This document shows, piece after piece, positions 30,492 to 39,518 of a stretch of DNA of 64,000 bases. The notes beneath the pieces were generated by a model, which saw only the letters and a program-made list of their open reading frames with translations, ran no database searches and was not told where the DNA came from. The stretch comes from Candidatus Heimdallarchaeum aukensis. GTDB taxonomy: Archaea > Asgardarchaeota > Heimdallarchaeia > Heimdallarchaeales > Heimdallarchaeaceae. Location: positions 448,001-512,000 of the forward strand of contig CP084166.1 of assembly GCA_021513695.1 (NCBI GenBank), in the 5' to 3' direction. The position numbers were made by a program, and so were the translations under genes. The first letter of the stretch is position 1. Each line of letters begins with the position of its first letter.

Positions 30492-31616
30492 ATGATTTCT
30501 TATTACTCTATAGGTTTATTCTTATTTGAGCAACTTACTTTTATTACTAGCAGCATTATTTTGTTTAGAACTTACAAGCAGACTCGCTTTCTTTCTCACT
30601 TCCTTTTGGGTACTAGCTATCTTTTGTGGGTTTTCAATTCTATAGGAAGATTCATTACTTCTTTTTTCAGTGAAAATGTAATAATCTTCGACAATACTCG
30701 ACTTATTTCACTTATTTGGATCATTGTTAACTGTTTGTTAATTCTTGGAATGATTTTCGTTTTCTATTCTTTTATTTATTTCAAGACTAACAGATTACAT
30801 CCTATAATAAACATAGTTAGTTTTTTAGGAGGAGCATTATTTCTTGCATTTATAATACCTGATTTCACTGAATTGACTTACTCTGAACAACTTGGAGCTT
30901 GGTCTGCGAAATATAGTATTTGGATATCTGTTCTTGTTATTCCAATGCTTTTATTCTTCATTTTTTCTTTTATTCTTCCCATTTCTACAAAAATTGTTAG
31001 AACTACTGACAAAGATATTCGTAAGCAACTATTTGTGCAGATAGTCGGACTTATTATCGTAATTATCTGGGCATTTTTCGCTGGTTTTACTAGCAATGCT
31101 GTTCTTCGAGCTGTTCGTCCTTTCCTTATGGCAACAGGCTGGTTTATCTGGTCTTTAACTTTGATAATGGATCCTTTCAACATAATGATTTCTAACGCTA
31201 AAATTAGTCAATTATTGATTACAACTACTAGCGGTTTACCAATCTATTATGATGACTTCACTTTTGATGAAAAAGAAGTAAAAAGTGAGATTTCTGCAGA
31301 TCTAGCTTCAGGTTTAATTTCAGGAGTTACCCAAGCTCTAGAGCAAATAATGGAAAGAAAATCGGAATTAAACACTGTAGTATATAAAGACAAAGTTATA
31401 GGTACTACTGCAGTAGGCTATCTTCAAGCATATATTTTTGGAGAAAGATTTGATAAAACTTTAGAAACTGTATTAAATGTTCTTCTAAGAGAAATACAAG
31501 ATAATCCAGCTCTTGCTTTAAAAATCACTCCCAACTTTGTAGATCTAGATGGGGCTTCAGGAAAAATCTTGAAACTCATAGTTGAAAAAAATCTAAAGAG
31601 AATATTAGTAATTTAA
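30492..31616 (+). CDS. membrane protein (N-terminal ~7 TM helices) with C-terminal soluble domain, unknown function
   Basis: Hydrophobic N-terminal two-thirds. C-terminal ~130 aa predicted soluble (…GLISGVTQALEQIMERKSELNTVVYKDKVIGTTAVGYLQAYIF…). Confidence 0.4.
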   Translation: MISYYSIGLFLFEQLTFITSSIILFRTYKQTRFLSHFLLGTSYLLWVFNSIGRFITSFFSENVIIFDNTRLISLIWIIVNCLLILGMIFVFYSFIYFKTNRLHPIINIVSFLGGALFLAFIIPDFTELTYSEQLGAWSAKYSIWISVLVIPMLLFFIFSFILPISTKIVRTTDKDIRKQLFVQIVGLIIVIIWAFFAGFTSNAVLRAVRPFLMATGWFIWSLTLIMDPFNIMISNAKISQLLITTTSGLPIYYDDFTFDEKEVKSEISADLASGLISGVTQALEQIMERKSELNTVVYKDKVIGTTAVGYLQAYIFGERFDKTLETVLNVLLREIQDNPALALKITPNFVDLDGASGKILKLIVEKNLKRILVI

Positions 31617-31774
31617 TTAATTTGCATTCTTTTCTTCCTTTTTCTTTCTTATGTTCTATATTTAGCTTTTATTATACTAGGTAAATATACGAAACTATCA
31701 TATCTTTTAATATAAGTTCAAAATAGTTGATTAATAGGAAATAAACTTTTAAATAACCAATTTTAGAAATAAAT

Positions 31775-32503
31775 ATGATTGCACCAACTATTGATTCTTT
31801 ATGGTCTGCAGCTTTGGGATATTTTTTTGGTTCAATACCCTTATCTTTTATAATCGTCAAAGTTTTTCTTGACGGGTTAGATATTCGAACAGTTGGATCA
31901 AAAAATGTCGGTGGAAGAAATGTTATTAGATCTTTCAAGTATAAAGGAAAGTCAAATAATGTTGCTTATACTATGGGGTTAATTGTAGCTATCTTTGATA
32001 TATTGAAAGGATACTTTGCTATGTGGCTGTCACAGTATCTATCTTACAATTTTGGAAATAATGACCCTTGGAGCATTTGCTTTGCAGGTATTTTTGCTAT
32101 ACTTGGACATAATTGGCCAATATGGTTATTAAGTCATGGTGGAAGAGGAGTAGCAACAACTCTTGGTAATTTGATGTTTTTCAATCCTATCTTCTTTTTA
32201 ATATGGCTAGCAACGTTTTTCTTACTCAGTTTTCCTCTTATGTATTCAGCTATCGTTTACATCACTAGTTTTATAGTTATGGGAGTTATTCTATACTTCT
32301 GGCCCTGGTATGTAAGTCCGATGGTAACAGAACTGAAAAACGACCCCAATCTAGGTTTTTTATCAATGATAATGCTTTTCGGTATAACTCTTGTTGTTCT
32401 TTCGCGTCAAAAATCTAATTTCATGAAAATAAAGAATGGTGAAGCAAAAAGAATGAAATTATGGAAAATATTCCAAGGAAAGGCAGATGAAGCCTTAAAA
32501 TAA
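31775..32503 (+). CDS. plsY: glycerol-3-phosphate acyltransferase PlsY-like (acyl-phosphate:G3P acyltransferase family)
   Basis: GYFFGSIPLSFII…DIRTVGSKNVGGRNVIRSF matches the bacterial PlsY N-terminal signature (…CGSIS…DPRTSGSGNPGATNVLR…). ILKGYFAMW matches VLKG…W. AILGHNWPIWL…GGRGVATTLG matches LGHIWP…GGKGVAT. Confidence 0.7.
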   Translation: MIAPTIDSLWSAALGYFFGSIPLSFIIVKVFLDGLDIRTVGSKNVGGRNVIRSFKYKGKSNNVAYTMGLIVAIFDILKGYFAMWLSQYLSYNFGNNDPWSICFAGIFAILGHNWPIWLLSHGGRGVATTLGNLMFFNPIFFLIWLATFFLLSFPLMYSAIVYITSFIVMGVILYFWPWYVSPMVTELKNDPNLGFLSMIMLFGITLVVLSRQKSNFMKIKNGEAKRMKLWKIFQGKADEALK

Positions 32504-32541
32504 ATTCTTTCTTTCTTTTTCTATCTTTTTAACAATTTTTT

Positions 32542-33288
32542 CTATTTTAGTTCTATTAATTCAGAGGATTCTATTTCTAGCGAAAGAGTCTCTTTTTCAT
32601 TTTGTATCTTTAAAAGTCCATTATCCTCAATTCCTTCTACTGTATATTCTTGATTTTTGTAGATAATATTATTTTTGCACAATATATCATAAGAATTAAA
32701 TTCCTTCAAGATTTCTTTAAGATTGTTTTTTAGAACCTTGATAATATAGTTTTTAATTTGCTTATGCAATTCTTTTGTTAATTTCTCATTATCTACTTTT
32801 ATTTTCAAGGATTCATTTATTGAAATAGCTATAGAATTGACTGGAGAGTCTAAAGAAAGAACTTTGTTATTTGTATTTATTCCTATTCCAACGAGTAGAA
32901 AATTACAATTTGTATCTTTCACTGTATCAATTAAAATTCCGCCTAACTTTCTTTTTTCTAGAATTATATCATTTGGCCATTTAATTTTAACAGGTATAGA
33001 CAGAATTGTTTCTATTGCTTTTCTTACTCCTAAAGCAATAGAATAATGAAGAAAAGCATATTGTTTTTGATTTATTTCTTCTTTTTTACAAAAAACAAAC
33101 GTTCCCCACCAACCTCCTTTTGGAGAAAACCATTTACTCTGTTTTCTTCCAATACTTGCAGATTGTTCCTCTGCTATTATTAACAAATCTTCATTTTTTG
33201 CTAATTCTAAATAAGACAAAGCTACATTTTGAGTGGAAGGAACAGATTGAAAATGAATGATTTTCAAGGAAAAGGATTCTTGAGCCAT
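32542..33288 (-). CDS. birA: biotin--protein ligase (BirA catalytic domain, no HTH)
   Basis: SIGRKQSKWFSPKGG (GRxGRxWxSPxG biotinyl-AMP loop) and KWPNDI motif. Confidence 0.75.
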   Translation of the reverse strand: MAQESFSLKIIHFQSVPSTQNVALSYLELAKNEDLLIIAEEQSASIGRKQSKWFSPKGGWWGTFVFCKKEEINQKQYAFLHYSIALGVRKAIETILSIPVKIKWPNDIILEKRKLGGILIDTVKDTNCNFLLVGIGINTNNKVLSLDSPVNSIAISINESLKIKVDNEKLTKELHKQIKNYIIKVLKNNLKEILKEFNSYDILCKNNIIYKNQEYTVEGIEDNGLLKIQNEKETLSLEIESSELIELK

Positions 33289-33401
33289 TATTTTCGTCGA
33301 AAAACACTTTTATTTAAACTTTTTTTTGTTTTATCAAGATAAAATTATTTAATCATAAAAACAAATTGGGTTTTTAAAAGACCTTTTTTTCTTTAAACTT
33401 A

Positions 33402-34976
33402 ATGGCTCGTATTACTCATATTGGACATGATAAAGGAATTTTGGAAGAAAAAAGACAAACAATACTTTCACTAAGAGAAAAGTCTCTAAAAGGTGGGGGA
33501 GAGGAAAAAATAGCCAGTCAACACAATAAAGGAAAGCTTACTGCGAGAGAGAGAATAGAATTATTGGTTGACGAAAATTCTTTTTGCGAAATAGATCAAA
33601 TAAGAAAATCTCAACATTCTGAATTAGAAATGGAAAAAATAGAAGGAGACGGTGTAGTAACAGGTTATGCAACTATTAATGGTAGACGAGTCTTTATTTA
33701 TAGTCAAGATTTTACCGTTTTGGGAGGAAGTTTAGGAAAAACTCACGCAAAAAAAATTTGTAAAGTTATGGATCTTGCTCTTCAGAGTGGGTGTCCTATA
33801 ATAGGGTTACTTGACTCTGGAGGAGCAAGAATTCAAGAAGGAATAGATTCTCTAGCTGGTTATGGTGAAATATTTTATAGAAATGTAATGAGTTCAGGGG
33901 TAATTCCCCAAGTTTCTATTATTTTGGGTCCTTGTGCTGGAGGAGCGGTCTATTCTCCTGCCCTAACTGATTTTATTATTATGAATCAAATTAATTCATT
34001 TATGTTTGTTACTGGCCCTCAAGTTGTTAAGACAGTTACCGGTGAAGATGTTTCATTCTATGATTTAGGAGGAAGTGAAGTACATAGTTCACTTAGCGGA
34101 GTAAGTCATTTAGTAGGAGAAGATGAAGAGGAAACGATAAATTTAGCTAAGAGACTCTTATCTTACCTTCCATCGAACAATTTAGATGACCCTCCACAAG
34201 AAATAGATGATATCGAAGAAAATGATCAAGATATTCTTTCTGATATTATTCCTGAGCAGGAAAATGAACCTTATGATATGAAAAAAGTAGTTGAAACAGT
34301 TTTAGACCAAGACAGTTTCTTTGAATTACAAGAAAATTGGGCAAAAAACATTATTGTTGGTTTCGGAAGATTAGAAGGTTTAACTGTCGGTATTATTGCA
34401 AACCAACCTTTATTTCTTGGAGGAGCTATAGAATATAATGCTGCGGATAAAGCAGCAAGATTTATTCGTTTTTGTGATTCATTTAACATCCCTATAATTA
34501 CTTTTGTTGATGTACCTGGTTTTATGCCAGGATTAAAACAAGAGGAAGAAGGAATAATTCGTCATGGAGCTAAAATGCTTTTTGCTTATTCAGAAGCTAC
34601 TGTCCCAAAACTTGCAGTAATAACAAGAAAAGCTTATGGAGGAGCTTATATTGTTATGAGCTCAAAGCATTTAGGAGCTGATATTAATTTTGCTTGGCCT
34701 ACAGCAGAAATAGCTGTCATGGGGGCAGAGGGAGCTTGTAATATTATTTATAGAAAAGAACTGAAAAAAGCTGAAAATCCAGAACAAGCTTTGCAAGATT
34801 TTGTTGTAAAATACAAAAAACAGTTCAGCAATCCTATTCGAGCAGCTGAGAAAGGATATGTTGACAAAGTTATTTTGCCTGAAGAAACAAGAATTGAACT
34901 TTCTAATGCCTTGAAATTTTTACAAAATAAAAGGATAGATACCCCGAAAAGAAAACACGGGAATATTCCACTTTAA
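33402..34976 (+). CDS. acyl-CoA carboxylase carboxyltransferase subunit (PccB/AccD family; alternatively the alpha subunit of a biotin-dependent decarboxylase/transcarboxylase)
   Basis: Full-length two-domain carboxyltransferase pattern (…GGSLGKTHAKKICKVMDLA…, …GPCAGGAVYSPALTDF…, …AYGGAYIVMSSKHLGAD…). Confidence 0.85.
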   Translation: MARITHIGHDKGILEEKRQTILSLREKSLKGGGEEKIASQHNKGKLTARERIELLVDENSFCEIDQIRKSQHSELEMEKIEGDGVVTGYATINGRRVFIYSQDFTVLGGSLGKTHAKKICKVMDLALQSGCPIIGLLDSGGARIQEGIDSLAGYGEIFYRNVMSSGVIPQVSIILGPCAGGAVYSPALTDFIIMNQINSFMFVTGPQVVKTVTGEDVSFYDLGGSEVHSSLSGVSHLVGEDEEETINLAKRLLSYLPSNNLDDPPQEIDDIEENDQDILSDIIPEQENEPYDMKKVVETVLDQDSFFELQENWAKNIIVGFGRLEGLTVGIIANQPLFLGGAIEYNAADKAARFIRFCDSFNIPIITFVDVPGFMPGLKQEEEGIIRHGAKMLFAYSEATVPKLAVITRKAYGGAYIVMSSKHLGADINFAWPTAEIAVMGAEGACNIIYRKELKKAENPEQALQDFVVKYKKQFSNPIRAAEKGYVDKVILPEETRIELSNALKFLQNKRIDTPKRKHGNIPL

Positions 34977-34997
34977 AATTATTAAGAGGAGAATTTT

Positions 34998-37900
34998 ATG
35001 AAAACTCTAAAAGAACTAAAAAATGAACTACAAATTAAATATCCAATTTTTGGATATAATCCTATCGGACTTGCTGATCCCACGTTAGCTATTGAAATCT
35101 CCAAACTTGGAGGAGTGGGATTAATTAACACTATTGGACTTGAACAAGAAGAACTAACTAAGATTCTTGATCAATGCGAACTTAATCTACCCACACAACT
35201 ATGGGGAATAAGGATTAACGATCTTTCTCACATTAAATGGATTAATCATGAACGAAGTATTCCAATCGTTATCCTACCGGAGAAACCTACAAGATTACAA
35301 CTGGATAAACTGCGTAAAATAAGTAAATTTATTGTCGCTGAAGTTTTATTTGTTGAAGAAGCAAAAAGTCATCTTGAATGGTCAGATTTCTTTTTAGTTA
35401 AAGGTATTGAAGCAGGAGGAAAAGTTGGTACAAAAGCTTCTTTTATTCAGATTCAAGAGTTTTATGAAACTGGATGGCCTTTTATCATTCAAGGAGGAAT
35501 GGGTGCTTTTAATATTAGTTCTGCTCTAATAGGAGGAGCAATAGGAGTAGTTTTTGAGGGACAATTATATCAATTTCCTGAATGTCCTCTTTCTGAAGAA
35601 GCGAAAAAGTATCTTGCTTCTTTAGGTGAAAATGATTCTTTCATTATCAATGAAAGTGGTAAAGAAGGTTACAGAATTTCTGGAAAACTAGCTAACAAAG
35701 CAATTAGAGAAATAAAACAACTAGAAGAAGAATCAAGTGAGGAAAAAATACTTGATAGAATTACTGAATTTGAAAAACCTCACGATCAATTTGGTTTTAA
35801 GAGTCAGAACATTAAACACGCATTTTTACCACTAGGTAACGATGTTTTCTTCTCCACATTCTTCAAGAAAAGATTTGGAAATTTAACAAATTTTGTGGAG
35901 CAAGCTCTTAAGATAGCTGATGAACAAATACAGATTGCTCTAAGAAATTGGCCTTTTGCAAAAGGTTCTACTTTATCCAACTTTCTAGGTACAAAATATC
36001 CTATTATTCAAGGCCCTATGGCTAATGTTTCTGATAATGTAGACTTTGCTATTAATGTAGCGAAAAATGGAGCTCTTCCTTTCTTAGCTTTGGGTGGATT
36101 ACTAAAAGAAGAAACTGAGGAGCTTTTTGATAAAGTTAGAGAAAGTGAACTTGTAAAATATTCCTATGGTTGTGGGATTATAGGTTTAGAAGCAGTTAAA
36201 CAAAGGAGAGAAGAGCACCTTTCTTTAATGAGAGATCTTAAACCTCCCTTTGCTTTGATTGCTGCTGGAACAGTTAATTTAGCTAAACAAGTACAAGAAA
36301 TGGGTTTTAAGACTTTATTACACACTCCCGCTCTATCAATGTTTAAAGATTCTATCAAAAATGGAATAGATTTACAAATTTTAGAAGGGAGTGAATGTGG
36401 AGGACATATTGGACTTCTTTCATCTTTTATTTTATGGGAAAGTATTTTGGAATTTTTAGATGAAAATAGAGAACAGATAGAAAAACCTTTGAAAATAGCT
36501 TTTGCAGGAGGGATATCTGACGGCACTAGTTCTGCGATGCTAGCAGTTATGATTGCTAAACATCTAGATATTATAGAATCAGCAATACAGATGGGTACAT
36601 CCTACTTATTTACTGAAGAGATTCTAGAAACAAAGGCTTTAACTGGATTTTATCAAGAACTTCTTCTTAATTCTAACTACACCAGAATTATAGGCTCAAC
36701 AGTAAATACTCGAGCACGAGCTGCTCCTTCACCTTTTGTAGATCAAACAATTAAAAGAGAAAGAGAGAGAATTAGACAAAAAATACCAATAAAAGAAAGA
36801 AAAGAACTTTACGAGAAAGATAATCTAGGAGCTTTAAGAATTGCAGCTAAAGCTGAAAAATGGAATAACGATCATGTTCCTGGTACTGCAACTACACAGT
36901 TTATAAAAATCGATGAAGAGGAACAGAAAAACTTTGGTTGCTTTATGGCTGGAGAAGTAATAGCAAAGAAACGTAGTATTTACAAGATAGATGACCTACA
37001 CTATGATATTTCAGTAATTGGAAAAGAAATCTTAGAAAAGCAATCAACTTCTATTGCTGATTATTTACTTTCAAAAGAAAAACTAGAAGCTTATGTTTCT
37101 AAAGAACAAAGTCCTCTAGTTATAGATAGTACTAATAAAATTGCTATAGTAGGAATAGGTAGTTTCTTCCCTGATGCTCCAAACACAGAAAAATTCTGGG
37201 AAAATATTGTTAACAAACATTATGCTGTAACTGAAGTACCTATTGAAAGATGGGATCCTAAATATTATTATGACGAAGATCGAACCGCTCCAGACAAGAC
37301 TTATACCAAAATTGGAGCGTTTGTAAAAGAATTTAAATTTAAACCTATTCAATTCAAGATTCCTCCTAAAGTAGCTGAAAAGATGGATGAAGTTCAGAAA
37401 TGGTCATTAATTGCTGCAAAAGAAGCTTTAGAAGATGCTGGAATACCCACAGATGGCAAGAAACGCCTACCTATAGGAGTAATTGTAGGCAATGCTTTAG
37501 GTGGAGAAAATCAGAGAATTACTAACAGGAGATTACACTATCCAGAAATTGAAGAACAACTAAAAATTTTATTAAGCTCAAAATTGTCTGATGAGGAAGT
37601 AGAAAAGTTTGTTTCTTCTTTCAAGAAAGAATATCTCAGTAAATACGCAGAGATTACAGAGGATACTATGCCTGGAGAATTATCTAATGTTGTTGCGGGA
37701 AGAATAGCCAATATATTCAATTTATCTGGTAAATCAATGACAACAGATGCTGCATGTGCTTCTTCTCTTGCTGCTCTGGACATTGCGGTAAAAAGTTTGT
37801 TGAATAACGATTTTGATACTATTCTTGTTGGCGGAGCAGATAGATCTATGGATGTTTCTTCTTATGTTAAATTCAGTAAGATCGGTGCTCTTTCTGCAAC

Positions 37901-39518
37901 TGGTTCTCGACCTTTTGATTCCAAGGCAGACGGTTTTGTAATGGGAGAAGGATGTGGTTTTCTTGTCTTGAAGAAATTGAAAAAAGCTATTGAAGACAAT
38001 GACAAAATTTATGCCATAATTGATTCTGTTGGTTCTTCCTCTGATGGTAAAGGAAAAGGAATTACTGCTCCTAATCCTTTAGGACAAAAAGAAGCTATTG
38101 AAAGAGCTCTTGAACAAGCTAAAGTTTCTCCTTCTGAGATAGATTTAATTGAAGCACATGGAACTTCCACCATAGTAGGAGATAAAACAGAAGTTCAAGT
38201 TTTAAATGAGATTTTCACAGAAAAACAAAAAGAAAGAAAAAGGAAAATAGCTCTTGGTTCAATTAAAAGCCAAATTGGTCATTTAAAGAGCGCAGCAGGT
38301 ATAGCTTCTGTTATAAAAGTAGCTTTAGCTCTTGACAAGAAAATTCTTCCACCAACGATAAATGTTCAAGAACTTAATCCTGCGATTGATTGGAATAATT
38401 CTAATCTTTTTGTTAATCTTGATGCTCAACCATGGGAAAAGGTTGATAACTCTATCAGAAGAGCAGGAGTTTCTGCTTTTGGTTTTGGAGGAACAAATTA
38501 TCATACAATCTTGGAAGAATATATTCCAGAAGCACAGTACATAGAAAAAGAAAAGCAACCAATAGTTGAACTAAAAGAACAAAAAGAAGAAGTTTGCTTC
38601 CTTTATACTGGACAAGGAAGTCAATATTTAGGCATGATAAAGGAACTTTATGATAATTATCCAACTGTTAGAAAAACAATAGATGAAGCTTCAGTTATTG
38701 CTAAAGAGAGTTTAAATGCTGATTTGCGTGAAATAATTTTTGGTTCACCTCAACTTTCCAAAGTTGAAAATGAGGAAAGATTAAGACAAACAGAATACAC
38801 TCAACCTTCTCTCTTTGTAGTCGAAGTTGCTTTAACTAGATTATTGAAAGAAAAAGGAATTGAGCCTACAAGAGTAGCTGGACATAGTTTAGGAGAATAT
38901 ACTGCTTTAGTTGCTGCGGGAGTGTTCTCTTTTGAAGATGGATTAAAAGCTGTAATAGAAAGAGGAAAAGCGATGGCAAAAGCTTCTAAAAGTATCCCTG
39001 GAGCAATGGCAGCTATTCTTACATCTCAAGAAAAAGTTAAGGAAATTATAGAAAAGGTAAATGAAGGTTATATAACAGTAGCCAATTATAACTCATTAAA
39101 CCAAACAGTGATTTCGGGAGAAGAAAAAGCTGTAAACAAAGCTATAGAACTTTTCTCTGCAAGAAAAATAAAAGCAATAAAATTAAATGTTTCAACAGCT
39201 TTTCATTCTATTATTGTTAAAGATGCAGAAATAGAAATGGAGAGAGTGCTTAACAGCCTGACTTACAATAAACCTTCAATTCCTGTCTATTCAAATGTAA
39301 CGGGAAGTTTGTACCCTGACAAACCCTCTAAAATTAAAGAACTTCTAATTAATCAGCTCTGTAATTCTGTTCAATGGGTTAAGATTTCAGAAATGGTCAT
39401 TAATTGCTGCAAAAGAAGCTTTAGAAGATGCTGGAATACCCACAGATGGCAAGAAACGCCTACCTATAGGAGTAATTGTAGGCAATGCTTTAGGTGGAGA
39501 AAATCAGAGAATTACTAA
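34998..39518 (+). CDS. type I FAS/PUFA-synthase-like megasynthase, N-terminal part: tandem FabK/PfaD-like (NPD/TIM-barrel, FMN) enoyl-reductase domains, ketosynthase (KS1), acyltransferase (AT); truncated by a frameshift at a tandem-duplication junction
   Basis: YPIIQGPMANVSD and LQILEGSECGGHIG (FabK/nitronate monooxygenase motifs). KS: IAIVGIGSFFPDAP, TDAACASSLAAL (Cys), EAHGTSTIVGDKTE, GSIKSQIGHLKSAAG. AT: FLYTGQGSQYLGM, GHSLGEYTAL. After 39385 the frame runs into copy B of the duplication out of frame and stops at 39518. Confidence 0.8.
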   Translation: MKTLKELKNELQIKYPIFGYNPIGLADPTLAIEISKLGGVGLINTIGLEQEELTKILDQCELNLPTQLWGIRINDLSHIKWINHERSIPIVILPEKPTRLQLDKLRKISKFIVAEVLFVEEAKSHLEWSDFFLVKGIEAGGKVGTKASFIQIQEFYETGWPFIIQGGMGAFNISSALIGGAIGVVFEGQLYQFPECPLSEEAKKYLASLGENDSFIINESGKEGYRISGKLANKAIREIKQLEEESSEEKILDRITEFEKPHDQFGFKSQNIKHAFLPLGNDVFFSTFFKKRFGNLTNFVEQALKIADEQIQIALRNWPFAKGSTLSNFLGTKYPIIQGPMANVSDNVDFAINVAKNGALPFLALGGLLKEETEELFDKVRESELVKYSYGCGIIGLEAVKQRREEHLSLMRDLKPPFALIAAGTVNLAKQVQEMGFKTLLHTPALSMFKDSIKNGIDLQILEGSECGGHIGLLSSFILWESILEFLDENREQIEKPLKIAFAGGISDGTSSAMLAVMIAKHLDIIESAIQMGTSYLFTEEILETKALTGFYQELLLNSNYTRIIGSTVNTRARAAPSPFVDQTIKRERERIRQKIPIKERKELYEKDNLGALRIAAKAEKWNNDHVPGTATTQFIKIDEEEQKNFGCFMAGEVIAKKRSIYKIDDLHYDISVIGKEILEKQSTSIADYLLSKEKLEAYVSKEQSPLVIDSTNKIAIVGIGSFFPDAPNTEKFWENIVNKHYAVTEVPIERWDPKYYYDEDRTAPDKTYTKIGAFVKEFKFKPIQFKIPPKVAEKMDEVQKWSLIAAKEALEDAGIPTDGKKRLPIGVIVGNALGGENQRITNRRLHYPEIEEQLKILLSSKLSDEEVEKFVSSFKKEYLSKYAEITEDTMPGELSNVVAGRIANIFNLSGKSMTTDAACASSLAALDIAVKSLLNNDFDTILVGGADRSMDVSSYVKFSKIGALSATGSRPFDSKADGFVMGEGCGFLVLKKLKKAIEDNDKIYAIIDSVGSSSDGKGKGITAPNPLGQKEAIERALEQAKVSPSEIDLIEAHGTSTIVGDKTEVQVLNEIFTEKQKERKRKIALGSIKSQIGHLKSAAGIASVIKVALALDKKILPPTINVQELNPAIDWNNSNLFVNLDAQPWEKVDNSIRRAGVSAFGFGGTNYHTILEEYIPEAQYIEKEKQPIVELKEQKEEVCFLYTGQGSQYLGMIKELYDNYPTVRKTIDEASVIAKESLNADLREIIFGSPQLSKVENEERLRQTEYTQPSLFVVEVALTRLLKEKGIEPTRVAGHSLGEYTALVAAGVFSFEDGLKAVIERGKAMAKASKSIPGAMAAILTSQEKVKEIIEKVNEGYITVANYNSLNQTVISGEEKAVNKAIELFSARKIKAIKLNVSTAFHSIIVKDAEIEMERVLNSLTYNKPSIPVYSNVTGSLYPDKPSKIKELLINQLCNSVQWVKISEMVINCCKRSFRRCWNTHRWQETPTYRSNCRQCFRWRKSENY

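Noticed and set aside
30114-30529. Small ORFs (60-69 aa) in the AT-rich gap between the integrin-like gene and the next membrane protein
   Set aside because: Phe/Ile/Leu/Lys-only composition typical of random translation of AT-rich intergenic DNA.
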